Shown here piece by piece: positions 37,201 to 47,570 of a stretch of DNA of 64,000 bases. Source of the stretch: Malacoraja senta (lineage: Eukaryota); NCBI GenBank assembly GCA_038087875.1, contig JAXLNO010002534.1, positions 1 to 64,000 of the forward strand, given 5' to 3'. The number at the start of each line of letters is the position of its first letter. Position 1 is the first letter of the stretch. Under the pieces are notes generated by a model. The model worked only from the letters and a program-made list of their open reading frames with translations. It searched no databases and was not told the origin of the DNA. The translations under genes and the position numbers were made by a program.

Positions 37201-38072
37201 GATATCTCTGGTGTATCATTTAACTCAAAAAATAGATCCATCTGTTTTTTTAGATAGATACTCCCTTGAGGGTCTTTTAAAATTTGTGAGTTAAACCTCC
37301 AGAACGGTTTATTCATAGACATTCCTTCTAGTTTTAGAACAAAAGTTAACGGAGAATGATCTGAGATCGCATTAATATGATATTTAGGATTCAGAGATTG
37401 CGAAATTAATTTTGTATCCACAAGAAAATAGTCTATCCGTGAATATGTTTTATGCACCATTGAATAAAACGAGTAATCCCTTCCCGTCGGGTTTGCAATC
37501 CTCCATACATCTGTTATATTTGTGTTTTCCATATATGTGTGTAAGAGTTCACTGGTTTTAGATTTCGTCTGACCTTTTTGTTTTTGCATCGATTTATCTA
37601 AATAAGGATCTAAAACACAATTAAAATCTCCTCCGATTATAACATTTTGATAATTAGATTCTGCAATTATATTCAGAATTTTATTAAAAAATTGAGGGTT
37701 ATCAAAGTTGGGCGCATATATGTTTACCAGCGTAATTGGCATATTATTGATCTCCCCTGCTACTATAAGATATCTCCCTTCCTTATCTAAAATAGTGTTC
37801 TTTGATTTAAATGGAATTCCTTTACGAATAATAATTGCAGTACCTCTAGATTTAGAGGTAAATGAAGAGTGAAATGTTTGGCCTATCCAGTTCGCCCTCA
37901 GTCTTGTCTGATCTTGCTGTTTAAGATGTGTTTCCTGTAGAAACGCAATGTCCGTGTTGTATGATTTCAACTGAGCTAGTATCTTGCCCCTTTTAATAGG
38001 TTCATTAATCCCCCTTATATTCCAACTACATAATGTGATTCCTCCTATTTTCTTTTGATTGTCGTCATGCAT
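34281..38072 (-). CDS. L1 ORF2p (APE endonuclease, reverse transcriptase, C-terminal Cys-rich motif), 1263 aa, uninterrupted
   Basis: EN motifs SWNIRG, FLQETH, GGDFN, RIDYF and SDH. RT motifs YRAIALLN, QTGF, LDAEKAFD, RQGCSLSPLLF and YADD. C-terminal motif CDKC..QEATIAHSFVFC. Confidence 0.96.
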   Translation of the reverse strand: MHDDNQKKIGGITLCSWNIRGINEPIKRGKILAQLKSYNTDIAFLQETHLKQQDQTRLRANWIGQTFHSSFTSKSRGTAIIIRKGIPFKSKNTILDKEGRYLIVAGEINNMPITLVNIYAPNFDNPQFFNKILNIIAESNYQNVIIGGDFNCVLDPYLDKSMQKQKGQTKSKTSELLHTYMENTNITDVWRIANPTGRDYSFYSMVHKTYSRIDYFLVDTKLISQSLNPKYHINAISDHSPLTFVLKLEGMSMNKPFWRFNSQILKDPQGSIYLKKQMDLFFELNDTPEISPTLLWESFKAFIRGVIISFQAYQNKKNKNEQRHLEDQIKQLDIDNAKDPTMDKHNKILLLKFQLNKLLSEKVITLFQITKQEHFEFGDKPHKLLARQLKKREKENAILKIKSDRGEVLTLPKDINKRFAQFYQNLYTSKTSIDNNKISEFLDNCNLPQLERREQEELGAQITSKEIEDTIKTLKNGKTPGPDGFSNEFYKSFYDIVTPRLQKMYTYAYKEQNLPETLAESTIILILKKDKNIEEPGSYRAIALLNTDQKIIAKTLANRLSKYVSRLIHEDQTGFIPKRHSFNNLRRLLNIMHSHKSDDQELAIISLDAEKAFDQVEWDYMIKVLQKFQLGENFIAWIKLLYNKPTARILTNNILSSKFELSRGNRQGCSLSPLLFALVIEPLAEKIRTHSNIHGYNTKYSNNKLSLYADDVLLYITKPQISIPNILNLIEDFGSFSGYRINWNKSEIMSIKPKDSTHLRKFPFKIAMEKFKYLGIEITRNYHDMFKANYNPLLKKLNNLIKFWKTLPMSLIGRINAIKMIFLPQILYLFQSIPIYLPKKFFKKLDSDITNFIWDYKSHRIQRTHLNKRKELGGLALPNFMYYNWAVNIKNMIHLLDNSAQQVDWIIMEKGDCSPNNIGAIILSPINLNNKNYNKNPIIYSTIRTWKQIKQNLKLRNLSLLIPIVNNPSFKPSIIDKAFIQWERMGIKTLEDLYELEKLLSFQQLQLKYNLKNNQYFKYLQICDYLKTHTKDYYNMPSDLLDEAMKTKAESVNLISYLYNIILNIEIPTTDGIRRDWEQDLGIKISKESWDNHLLQVHKCSINVRHTLIQFKTLHRLYYSKTKLNKIFPNVSPICDKCICQEATIAHSFVFCTKIQKFWFEIFDIFSKLIKIKLVPKPEWIIFGISEGIPELNVYQKNLLNYGLIMGKKLILKFWKNAPTPTIKMWTSNMLETLHLEEMRFLLVGKVDQFQKTWSTFLDLLQA

Positions 38073-38470
38073 TTTTACCAGTTTTAATGACCTTAATTAT
38101 TGTGGTGCGTTCATACCTCCGGACTCTGGTTATTTTGGGAGTATTTCTATTATAGACTTCCTTGGTAGTTCTCCTGCGCGATTGTCCTTGAAGAAAAAAC
38201 ACACAGATGTGACATATTGTGATTAAAAAAAATATATATAAATCAAATAAATTTACGGTGTCTAAAATTTCAACACCGTAGTGAGTGGCCCACTCGTCTG
38301 TGGGGTACGACATCCATAACGCTTCCGGCGTAGTTGGTATAAAGTTAGCCCCGCTGTATTTATTACCCAAAATCTATGGGGTCATTACCGTTTCCAATTC
38401 AGTTCTATTTCACCCAGTTACAATTTATATATGTGTCAAATGTATTCGATTCCATATCCTACTCACTCTT

Positions 38471-39045
38471 TATCTCTTAACTATTTTAAAATGAATTTAG
38501 TATTGTTAAAGTGAGCGGTTTACTGAGTGGATTAATCGGAGTCAGGTTCCTGGAATTGTGCCAGGTGCCTGATCTCCTCTCCTCTCCACGAGCTGCGAAC
38601 ATAGGTGATAACTGCTGTCTGCGTTATGACGCAGGCACCACAGTTTTATCAGTTTCAAATATTATTTCTATATTAGTATTGTTAATTATTAATTATGATT
38701 AATTCTCAGCATTTTGTAAAACTATATAAGCCGTATATATTTTTCATATCAACCTCGAGTGTATATTATCTCTTAACTATTTTAAATTGATTTTAGTATT
38801 GTTAAAAATGAGCTGTTCGCTGGAAGGGTTAACGGGAGTCTGGCTCCTGGAGTTATGCCAGGTACCCGGTCTCCCCCTCCCTCCACTCTCGAGCTGCATA
38901 GCACTTGCTGTTATCTGCTAAACAGAGCAGACTGCACATTTTTAATCTATTTCAATTGCTATTTCTATATTAGTATTGTTAATTGTTAATTATTATTAGT
39001 TCTCAGTTTTTTCAGTTTTTTATAAACAATATAAGCCATGTGATG
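38471..39045 (-). repeat. Two diverged ~296-bp tandem units in the L1 inter-ORF spacer
   Basis: TATCTCTTAACTATTTTAAA occurs at 38471 and 38767. The units also share the blocks TTTCTATATTAGTATTGTTAATT and ATATAAGCC, plus a GC-rich core. Confidence 0.85.
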
Positions 39046-39290
39046 TTTTTCACTCTCAGCCCAGCAGTTCGTCTCGTGTTATCAGGTTTTCCTCGTTTGA
39101 GCACGTAGTGTCCTTGAATTACATAGCACAATGTTCCAGCGAAGATAATAATGTCTAGCCACGTCTCACTAAGAATCTGTTGCTTGAAGTCAAATAAAAA
39201 ATAAAAAATCAGTGTTCAGTTAATTCACTTTCCTTGTGATACTCTTGTTGGAAGAATAAGCAAGTTCGTTTGTTCCTGTCGTCTTGGTTT

Positions 39291-40286
39291 TCAATCTCCA
39301 GTTGATGCAGCCTTAGTCGCGATTTCTTGAGCGTATTTGAGAGATTCATCCGAATTAGTGAATGTTTTTGACACTCCCTCAAAGGTGATACGCATTCTAG
39401 CCGGATAAAACACTCCACATAAAACTCCCTTAACACCATAAAGAACTTCTCTGGTCTGTGAGAACTTTCTTCTCTTTTGCTCAATCTCATAAGGGTAGTC
39501 CCGTAGGAGTTTAATAGTATCACCTCTGTACATCATCTTCTCTCCGTGGTTGATTTTTTTCATCAGCGCTTCCATTGTTGAGATATCCCGAAGTTTAATT
39601 ATGATCTGTCGTGGGTAGGCACGTTCTCCTTGAGATCTTGATTTAAATCTGGGGAGTCGATGTGCTACTTCAATTACAGGTACTTCTGGTAGCTTCAGTA
39701 CGTGTTTAATTAGGTTGGCAGCGAACTCACAAACATTGTCCCCCTCAGCTCCCTCTTTTACACCACGTATTCTTATATTTTGGCGTCTTGAGCGAGCTTC
39801 TAGGTCAACACATTTATTCGAAACCTTTGTGACTTGGTTCTTGAGACTATCTATTTCTGACTTCATAGTCTGCATCTCTCCAGCCATCACTTCCACAGCA
39901 GCTTCCAAATCATTCACTGCAGATGCATTTGCAGCCACAGTTTCGTGCACAGCCTCAAACATCTTTGTGGTCTCTTCTGCCACCTTTTCAATTTTTATCG
40001 ATAGTCCTTTTTCCACACCTTCAATTCTTTTTTGGAGAGCCTCAATACCCTCAAGTATTTTATCATTACCGGCTATCAATTTACTGTTCCCAGCTTCCAT
40101 ATCATTTTTGATATCTCTTACCGAGTTTCTTAAGTCCTCCATTTCGATTTTCTCTTTTGCAGATCGAGTAGCCATTCCAGAGACCTCTCCAGAGGTCAGT
40201 TCTGAAGTTTCTTGCTGTTCCAGAGTCTTCAGCAGATGTTTTGAGATTTTCCTCTGTGGGCTCTGACCTGGAGATGTACTTTTCAT
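39291..40286 (-). CDS. L1 ORF1p, 331 aa
   Basis: Coiled-coil N-terminal half, RRM entry motif DLEARSRRQNIRIRGVKEG, IEVAHR, and CTD-like FYPARMRIT. Lies upstream of ORF2 on the same strand. Confidence 0.93.
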   Translation of the reverse strand: MKSTSPGQSPQRKISKHLLKTLEQQETSELTSGEVSGMATRSAKEKIEMEDLRNSVRDIKNDMEAGNSKLIAGNDKILEGIEALQKRIEGVEKGLSIKIEKVAEETTKMFEAVHETVAANASAVNDLEAAVEVMAGEMQTMKSEIDSLKNQVTKVSNKCVDLEARSRRQNIRIRGVKEGAEGDNVCEFAANLIKHVLKLPEVPVIEVAHRLPRFKSRSQGERAYPRQIIIKLRDISTMEALMKKINHGEKMMYRGDTIKLLRDYPYEIEQKRRKFSQTREVLYGVKGVLCGVFYPARMRITFEGVSKTFTNSDESLKYAQEIATKAASTGD

Positions 40287-43200
40287 TTAAAATGACTTTC
40301 CCTCCGTTAAAATCGCGGCGCTTACTGATGACGTCATCAGCACCGCGACATGAAGCTCCGGTAAGTTTTTAAAAACGGTCCTGACCTCCAGACCCGATTT
40401 TAACGCGAAAAATCGCGATTTTTTCAGCGGAGCTAAAAAGTTTGCGACTGCTAGCAGAGCATGTCGCAACCGGAAGCCGTTCCTGCCTTCTTGTCATATC
40501 CCCTGACTCCGCTATCTTTAAGAGGCCCATCTAGCTCTCTCTTGAAAGTATCCAGAGAACCGGCCTCCACTGCCCTCTGAGCACCCAGAGGAAACCCAAG
40601 CGGTCACAGGGAGAACGTATAAACTCCATACAAACAGAACCCATTGTTGGGATCCTTCTTGTGTCTGTGTAGGAAGGCACTGCAGATGCTGGCTTACACC
40701 AAAGATAGAGACAAAATACTGGAGTAACGCAGTGGAACAGGCAGCATCTATGGATAAAAGGAATGTACCTTCTAGTATCCCACTCGTTATATATTAATTT
40801 ATTGTAATTGGAGCAGTCTGCAAAACTCGCCATAAACAAGAACAAGTGTTTATGTGGATTGGCTACCATTAAACTCTAGTCCCCTGCAATGAAATGCAGA
40901 TTTAGCATTTTACAGATCAATACTTTGAGGGCCCAGTTTACAATGATATGTGCATCCCATCATTTAGAATGCCCCTTCACCTACTCTTTTGAAGCATTCT
41001 CCACACATATAGTCACAGAGACACACAAACAGAACCTTCAGCCAACAGTCTACTGACCATGAAGCACTAATTCCATACCATTCCATCCCACCATTGATCT
41101 ACAGGAGGTGCTGCCTCAGAAAGACAGCTAATATCATCAGAGACCCACACCACCCTGGCCATACTCTCAGGGCCGGCCACCCTGGACCAGGAATTCACCC
41201 GGAAGATCTGGCCCATCCATCACGGACTGAGTTCCTGCTCGCTGTGGACCGTGGATGGAGGACCCACCTGGAAGGCCCAGCTCGCCCACCCAGAGTGGAA
41301 GGAGTCAGATGGATGGCTTATAGGCAGACAGGCTGCGGAAGGGAATGGACTGCCTCAACAGTGGAGTGGGTGCTGGAGGCCCTGCATCAGCCTGGGGCTT
41401 GGCTGTTCCAGGTGCTGCTCCAAGAGGCCGGGCACATGGACCAGTTGCGCCCTGCAGCAGTAGAGGACACCACAGCTTCGATTGGCCAGGTCAACCCTGC
41501 AACAACACCAGGACAATGGGCCTCATGGTCAGGCCAAGAACCCTCACTTACAACAACTGGGACATGAAAAAGGCACCAAAAACTGGCGACACTGTATACT
41601 GTCTCAGCGTACTACTGCTATACACTTGTACTGTATCTGAGATGCTTATCTAAGATGTATCTAAGGGCTTATGTATAGTGATACTTGTACTAAACTGTAT
41701 ACAAAAATGAATTTCACTGTACCTCGGTACTTGCCACATATAAAATACCGTTGAACCAATCAACTGCCTCTGAGGTTAGAGAGCCTGAGAACTGTTAGCT
41801 CCAGGTTTAAGAGTAGCTTTTTTCTCATGAGCAGCAGGGATTTAAACACTGCACAACACGAACCACAACCTTACCTCAACAACTCTGATCTGTGATGGAC
41901 TTTATTTTGGTTGCAGTAAGGACGTTTTGTTTTTCCACTGTTATGGTCTGGTTACCTAGTATAACTAATATTAATTAATTGTACCATATTTAATACGTGT
42001 AAGAATGTCATTGTTCCATTGCCAGTACAGATGACAATTAAACTCTTGCTCTTGACCAACCCATTCTTATTCTCTGCAAATTCCCATCATCTCTCTCCAG
42101 ATTCTATCACTTACCTACAAATGACAGTCAATTTACACTGTAGAAACAAGGAACTACAAATGTTGGTTCACAAAGAGACACAAAGTGCTGGAGCACCTTA
42201 GTGGGTCCGGCAGCATCCCTGGAGATCATGGATATGTGATGATGGATAGATGTTTCGGGTCAAGACCCCTTCTTCACTCTGTAGAAGGGTGTTTACCCTA
42301 AACGTCATCTCTCCACGTTCTCCGGAGATGCTGCCTGACCAGCTGAGTTACTCCAGCACTTAGCGATAGACACAAAATGCTGGAATAACTCAGTGGGACA
42401 GGCAGCATCTCTAGAGAAGGAATGGGTGATGTTTCAGATTGAGGCCCTTCTTCAGACTTTGTCATCATTGTGTTAACTTGCTCCATCCCATTCACCCATC
42501 ATCTTTCTGATTGAATAATATTCAGATTTTAAACTCTGATCATTGTATTTAAATATGTAAGACCAACAGCTCTTTCATTCAAAGCAAATCTTTCAATCAT
42601 TTGTTCTTATATATCTCTATATCACCCCCTGTATCTCTCGTTTCGCTTTCCCCTGACTATCAGTCTGAAGAATGGTCTCGACCTGAAACGCTACCTATTC
42701 CTTTTCTCCAGAGTCGCTGTCGGACCCGCTGAGTTACTCCAGCTTTTTGTGTCTATCTTCGGTTTAAACCAGCATCTGCAGTTCCTTCCTACGCAGCTCC
42801 TCCCTCGGCATGCATACAGTCCATACAATTTCCCAGTTGAGGTTAGCGTTGTGTAGCGTTCAAGTGCATGATAGTTGTTGGGAAGAAGCTATTTTTGAAC
42901 CTGGAGGTCATGGTTTTCAAACACCTATACTTTCTTCCCCATGGTGGGAGGTAATGAAAGCGTGGCCAGGGGGATGATGTTGCCTTCCTTTTTGAGGCAG
43001 CGTCTCGTGTGGATCCCTTCGATGGTGGTGATGTCAGAACCCACGATGAACCGGGCAGTATAACTTCCTGATTATTCACAAATTTAAGTATTTCATCTGA
43101 AGAGCAGGCCTAAGTCATAGAATTGCTCTCTAAATATCCCTTCCTTTAAGATGCACCTTAAATGTTTATTTTGCTAATTGTCATGTCATGCCATTATACT

Positions 43201-44299
43201 GCTCGAAGTAAAATGTTACAGAATAATATTCTTACGAATCTCATTGAAGCATTTTCCTACATTGGAACTGCTATAAATGTTATTCTTTATATCTAAGCCT
43301 GTTTCCCCTTTCACCAAATTAGATTATTACCATCAAAGGAGAATGTAATTGTTTTGTTTGGCTCTGGAGATGCGTGTTGGAATGTGATCATTAAAATCTT
43401 CCCGTATATTGAACCCTGAACTACACTAAACTCAGCTATGATTAATGAACAAAATAAAGTGTTGGAGTAACTCAGCAGATCAGGCAGCATGGATAGGTAA
43501 AGTGTCGAGTCGGACCCTGTAGACCTATGGAGGACTGTCTTTGGTTAAACTAAGCATTTGCGGTGTATTCGCACATGTATTGGGATTATCAATTAACTGG
43601 ATTTTTAGTATGTTATCTATTTGTATTGTCTTACAGGTCTGCTACATGAATGTCATTGTTTTGTAGTCAGCACATATGACAATTGAACATTCTATACTCT
43701 CTTTCCTTCTGGACTCTCTTGTGGAGTGGGATCAAACCTAACATCAGCAAAATGTTGCCATTCATCCTTTGTTCCCAATCTCTGATATTCTATAAGATCA
43801 TAACCGATCCTCTAGCAGACCACCATTTTACCGAATTCTGGATTCCTTTTGTATCCAAGCATCTTCCTATCCCTGCCTCAAGCATCTGATTGACTGAATG
43901 CCCACAGCCTTCTTGGACAGAGAATTTGAAAGACTAATTACCCTCTGGGTGAAAAGATTTCATCTCATTACTGCACTGAATTCAATGATATTTTATTGTC
44001 ACATGCACCTAGGTACAGTAAAATGCTTCGTTTCGCATACAACGGTAAAATCATATAGCAGACCTAACCTAGACAATACACAAGGGTCACCATGTTTTGG
44101 TGCCATAAGAATGTCTGAACCCTTATTTTTAAACTGTGAATTTTGGTTCCAGACACACCAGTCTGGGGAGAAATAAAAAGATCATCCCTCATGTTCTGAA
44201 CTTTGACTCACTTCATAAGTCAAAGATGCAGAATTTGGTTGTTCAGCCCATCGAGTTTACTCCACAATTTAATCATGGCTGACCTATCGTTACCTCTCA

Positions 44300-45550
44300 G
44301 TGCCGTTCTCCTGTCATCTCCCTGTGACCTTTGACACTCTTACAAATCGGGCAGCATTTTCTGTTTTTGTATTCCAGTCCTCTTGATATAAATCACCTTC
44401 CTGACTACCGATTCAATTTGCAAATTAACTTTTTGGGAGTCCTGCACCAACACTCCCATGTCACTGTGTGCCTCCGATTTCTGGATTCTCTCTCCATTTG
44501 TAAAATAATCTACGCCTTTATTCTTATTACCAAAATGCACGTCTCCACACTTTGCTATACTGGATTTCATCTGCCACTTCTCTGCCCACTCTCCTAACCT
44601 GTACACGTTCACATTACAGGAGTAGAATTAGGCCATTCGGCCCATCGAGTCTACACCACCATTCCATTATGGCTGATCTGTGCCTCCTAATCCCATTTTC
44701 CTGCCTTCTCCCCATGATAACCCGTTCTAATCAAGAATTTGTCGATCTCTGCCTTAAAAATATCCACCAACTTGGCCTCCACAGCCCTCTGTGGCAATGA
44801 GTTCCACAGATTAACTACCCTCTGACTAAAGAAATTCCTCCTCACCTCTTTTCTAAAAGAGCACCCTTTAATTCTGAGGCTATGACCTCTGGTCCTAGAC
44901 TCACCCACCAGTGGAAACATCCTTTCCACATCCACTCTATCTTTGCCTTTCATTATTCTGTAAGTTTCAATGAGGTTCCCCCTTCAACCTTCTTACCTCC
45001 AACGAGTAGAGGCTCAGTGCTGTCAAACTATCATCATATGCTAACCCACTCATTCATGGAATTATTCTTGTAAACAACCTCTGAACCAGAGCCAGCACAT
45101 CCTTCCTCAGATAGGGGGCCCAAATTTGCACACTGTACTCCAAATGTGGCCTGACCAGCGCTTTTGAAGCCTCAGAATGACATTTCTGTTTTTGTATTCC
45201 AGTCCTCTTGATATAAATCACCTTCCTGACTACCGATTCAATTTGCAAATTAACCTTTTTGGGAGTCCTGCACCAACACTCCCATGTCACTATGTGCCTC
45301 CGATTTCTGGATTCTCCCTCCATTTGTAAAATAATCTACACCTTTATTCTTATTACCAAATGCATGTCTCCCACACTTTGCTATACTGGATTTCATCTGC
45401 CACTTCTCTGCCCACTCTCCTAACCCGAACAAGTCCTTCTGCAAAGTCCTTGCTTCCTCTGCACTGCCTGCCCCTCCACCTATTTTAGCATCATCTGCAA
45501 ACTTGGACACAAAACATTCAATCCCCTTATCCAAATCATTAATAAACCAT
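44300..45550 (-). mobile_element. Cluster of CR1 fragments with a local ~245-bp duplication
   Basis: CR1 RT translations (VSKFADDAKIGG, RPHLEYSVQIWAP). Segments 44355-44599 and 45181-45425 are nearly identical. Confidence 0.8.
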
Positions 45551-45704
45551 GTAAACGTGACGACCGCACGTTTGGAGCTAAGAGTTGTCACTCAATCAAT
45601 AACAAAACCACAGTGTGTGCTAATCGTTTATTGATTTCGCATTGTACTAGTGCCTCACTCTCTTCCCACATTTGACCATAAACATGAACCTGTCAAACAA
45701 TGCA

Positions 45705-47092
45705 CTTTGTGTAAGAAAGAACTGCAGATGCTGGTTTAACTCAAAGGTAGACACAAAATGCTGGAGTAACTCAGCAGGCAGGCAGCATCTCTGGAGAGAA
45801 GGAATGGGTGACCTATCGGGTCGAGACCCTTCTTCAGACTGATTTCAGGGGAGTTGACGGGACAAAGATAGAATGTAGTTGAAGACACTAAGACTAGTGG
45901 GAGAACTGGGAAGGGGAGGGGATAGAGAGGGAACGCAAGGGATATTTAAAGTTAGAGAAGTCAATGTTCATACAGCTGGGGTGTAAACTACCCAAGCAAA
46001 ATATGAGGTGCTGTTCCTCCAATTTGCACTGGGCCTCACTCTGACCATGGAGGAGGCCCAGGACAGAAAGGTCAGATTGTGAATGGGAGGGGAAGTTGAA
46101 GTGCTGAGCAACCAGGAGATCAGGTAGGTTAAGATGGACAGAGCGGAGTAGTTCAGTGAATTGATTGCCGAGCCTGTGCTTGGCCTCGCTGATGTAGAGA
46201 AGTTGACACCTGCAACTGCGGATGCAGTAGATGAGGTTGGAGGAGGTGCAAGTGAACCTCTGCCTCACCTGGAAAGACTGTTTGGGTCCTTGGATGGAGT
46301 CGAGAGGGGAGGGAAAGGGACATGTGTTGCATCTCCTGCGGTTGCAAGGGAAAGTACCTGGGGAGGGGGTGGTTTGGGTGGAAAAGGACGAGTTGACCAG
46401 GGAATTTCGGAGGGAACGGTCTCCACGGAAAGCAGAAAGAGGTGGAGATGGGAAGATGTGGCCAGTATTGGGATCCTTTTGGAGGTGGCAAAAATGATGG
46501 AGGATCATATGCTGTGCGATGGCTGATGGGGTGGAAGGTGAGGACAAGGGGGACTCTGTCCTTGGTACGAATGGGGGGGGGGGGTAGGGAGAGTAAGAGC
46601 GGAGCATCGAGGAAACCCTAGTGAGTGCCTCATCTATAATGGAAGAAGGGAACCCCAGTTTCCTAAAGAATGAGGACATCTCCGATGCCCTGGAAAAGAA
46701 AACCTCATCCTGGGCGCAGATGCTGCGTAGACAGAGGAAGTGGTAGTCGGGATACAGTCTTTACAGGAAGCAGGGTGGGAAGAAGTGTAGTCCAGATAGC
46801 TATGGGAGTCAGTAGGTTTGTAGTAGATGTCGGTCAATAGTATGTTTCCTGTTATGGAGATGGTGAGATCTAGAAACGGTAGGGAGATGTCGGAGATGGT
46901 CCAAGTGAATTGGAGTGCAGGATGGAAATTGGTGGTGAAGTTGATGAAGTCAGTGAGTTCTGCATGGGAGCAGGAAGTAGCATCAATGCAGTCGTCAATG
47001 TAGCGGAGATAGAGTTCGGGGATCGGGCCAGTGTACGTCTGGAACAGTGATTGTTCGACGGACGCAACAAAGAGGCAGGCACAGCCCTTTCC
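45705..47092 (-). mobile_element. Penelope-like element, 5'-truncated and frameshifted
   Basis: ORFs 46634-47104 (LRYIDDCI, LPFLD) and 45894-46679 (GIY-YIG). The tail carries a degenerate hammerhead at about 45808-45842. Confidence 0.9.
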
Positions 47093-47444
47093 CGCCTCTC
47101 CCACATTGTATTCCCATTCTTACAATAACAACTTGAAATCAAAGATGTTTTTGTTTCAAACCGCGTCGCTCCTGTTTGTTTTACACAAGTTAAAATCAGT
47201 TTAAACCAATATCTGCAGTTCCTTCTTCCACAAAGGAAATGATGCATTGTGCAAATCAATGCAGAAATTCCATCTGGATTGTACTGAAACAGTGAAGATT
47301 AAACCCTTTTAACGTCCGCATGAACCATGAACCAGATTGAATGTGTATTGCGCGCTTTTTAAACTCAGTCGCCTCCGGTCAAGATTGAGATAAAGCCAAG
47401 ACGCTTTTACCCAGTAGCGAATAAAATGAGAATCATTAACTTAC

Positions 47445-47517
47445 CTGCTTGAGCCCCTTGTACGCGGAAGAAACTCAACAAGATGAACAGAATCATTTCA
47501 CGCACAACCTCACGCAT
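47445..47517 (-). CDS. MHC class I heavy chain, exon 1 (signal peptide)
   Basis: Minus strand reads ATG CGT GAG GTT GTG CGT GAA ATG ATT CTG TTC ATC TTG TTG AGT TTC TTC CGC GTA CAA GGG GCT CAA GCA G|GTAAGT = MREVVRE-MILFILLSFFRVQGAQA plus a phase-1 G. It has a hydrophobic core, an A-x-A cleavage motif and a consensus donor. The phase matches the alpha1 acceptor (G+GG = Gly1). A second in-frame ATG is at 47496. Linkage to the alpha1 exon is inferred. Confidence 0.75.
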
Positions 47518-47570
47518 CAACAGCAGCAACTGAGCCAAACTTCACCAACATCAAAGCAGGATCTCATCAT

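Larger units (their letters stand above)
33861..40476 (-). mobile_element. Full-length L1 retrotransposon
   Basis: Contains a 5'UTR, ORF1, spacer, ORF2, a 3'UTR of about 420 bp and a poly(A) tail (T-run from about 33861). Flanked by the 15-bp TSD CCGTTCCTGCCTTCT at 33846-33860 and 40477-40491. Inserted into a CR1 3' tail that continues on both sides. Confidence 0.95.
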
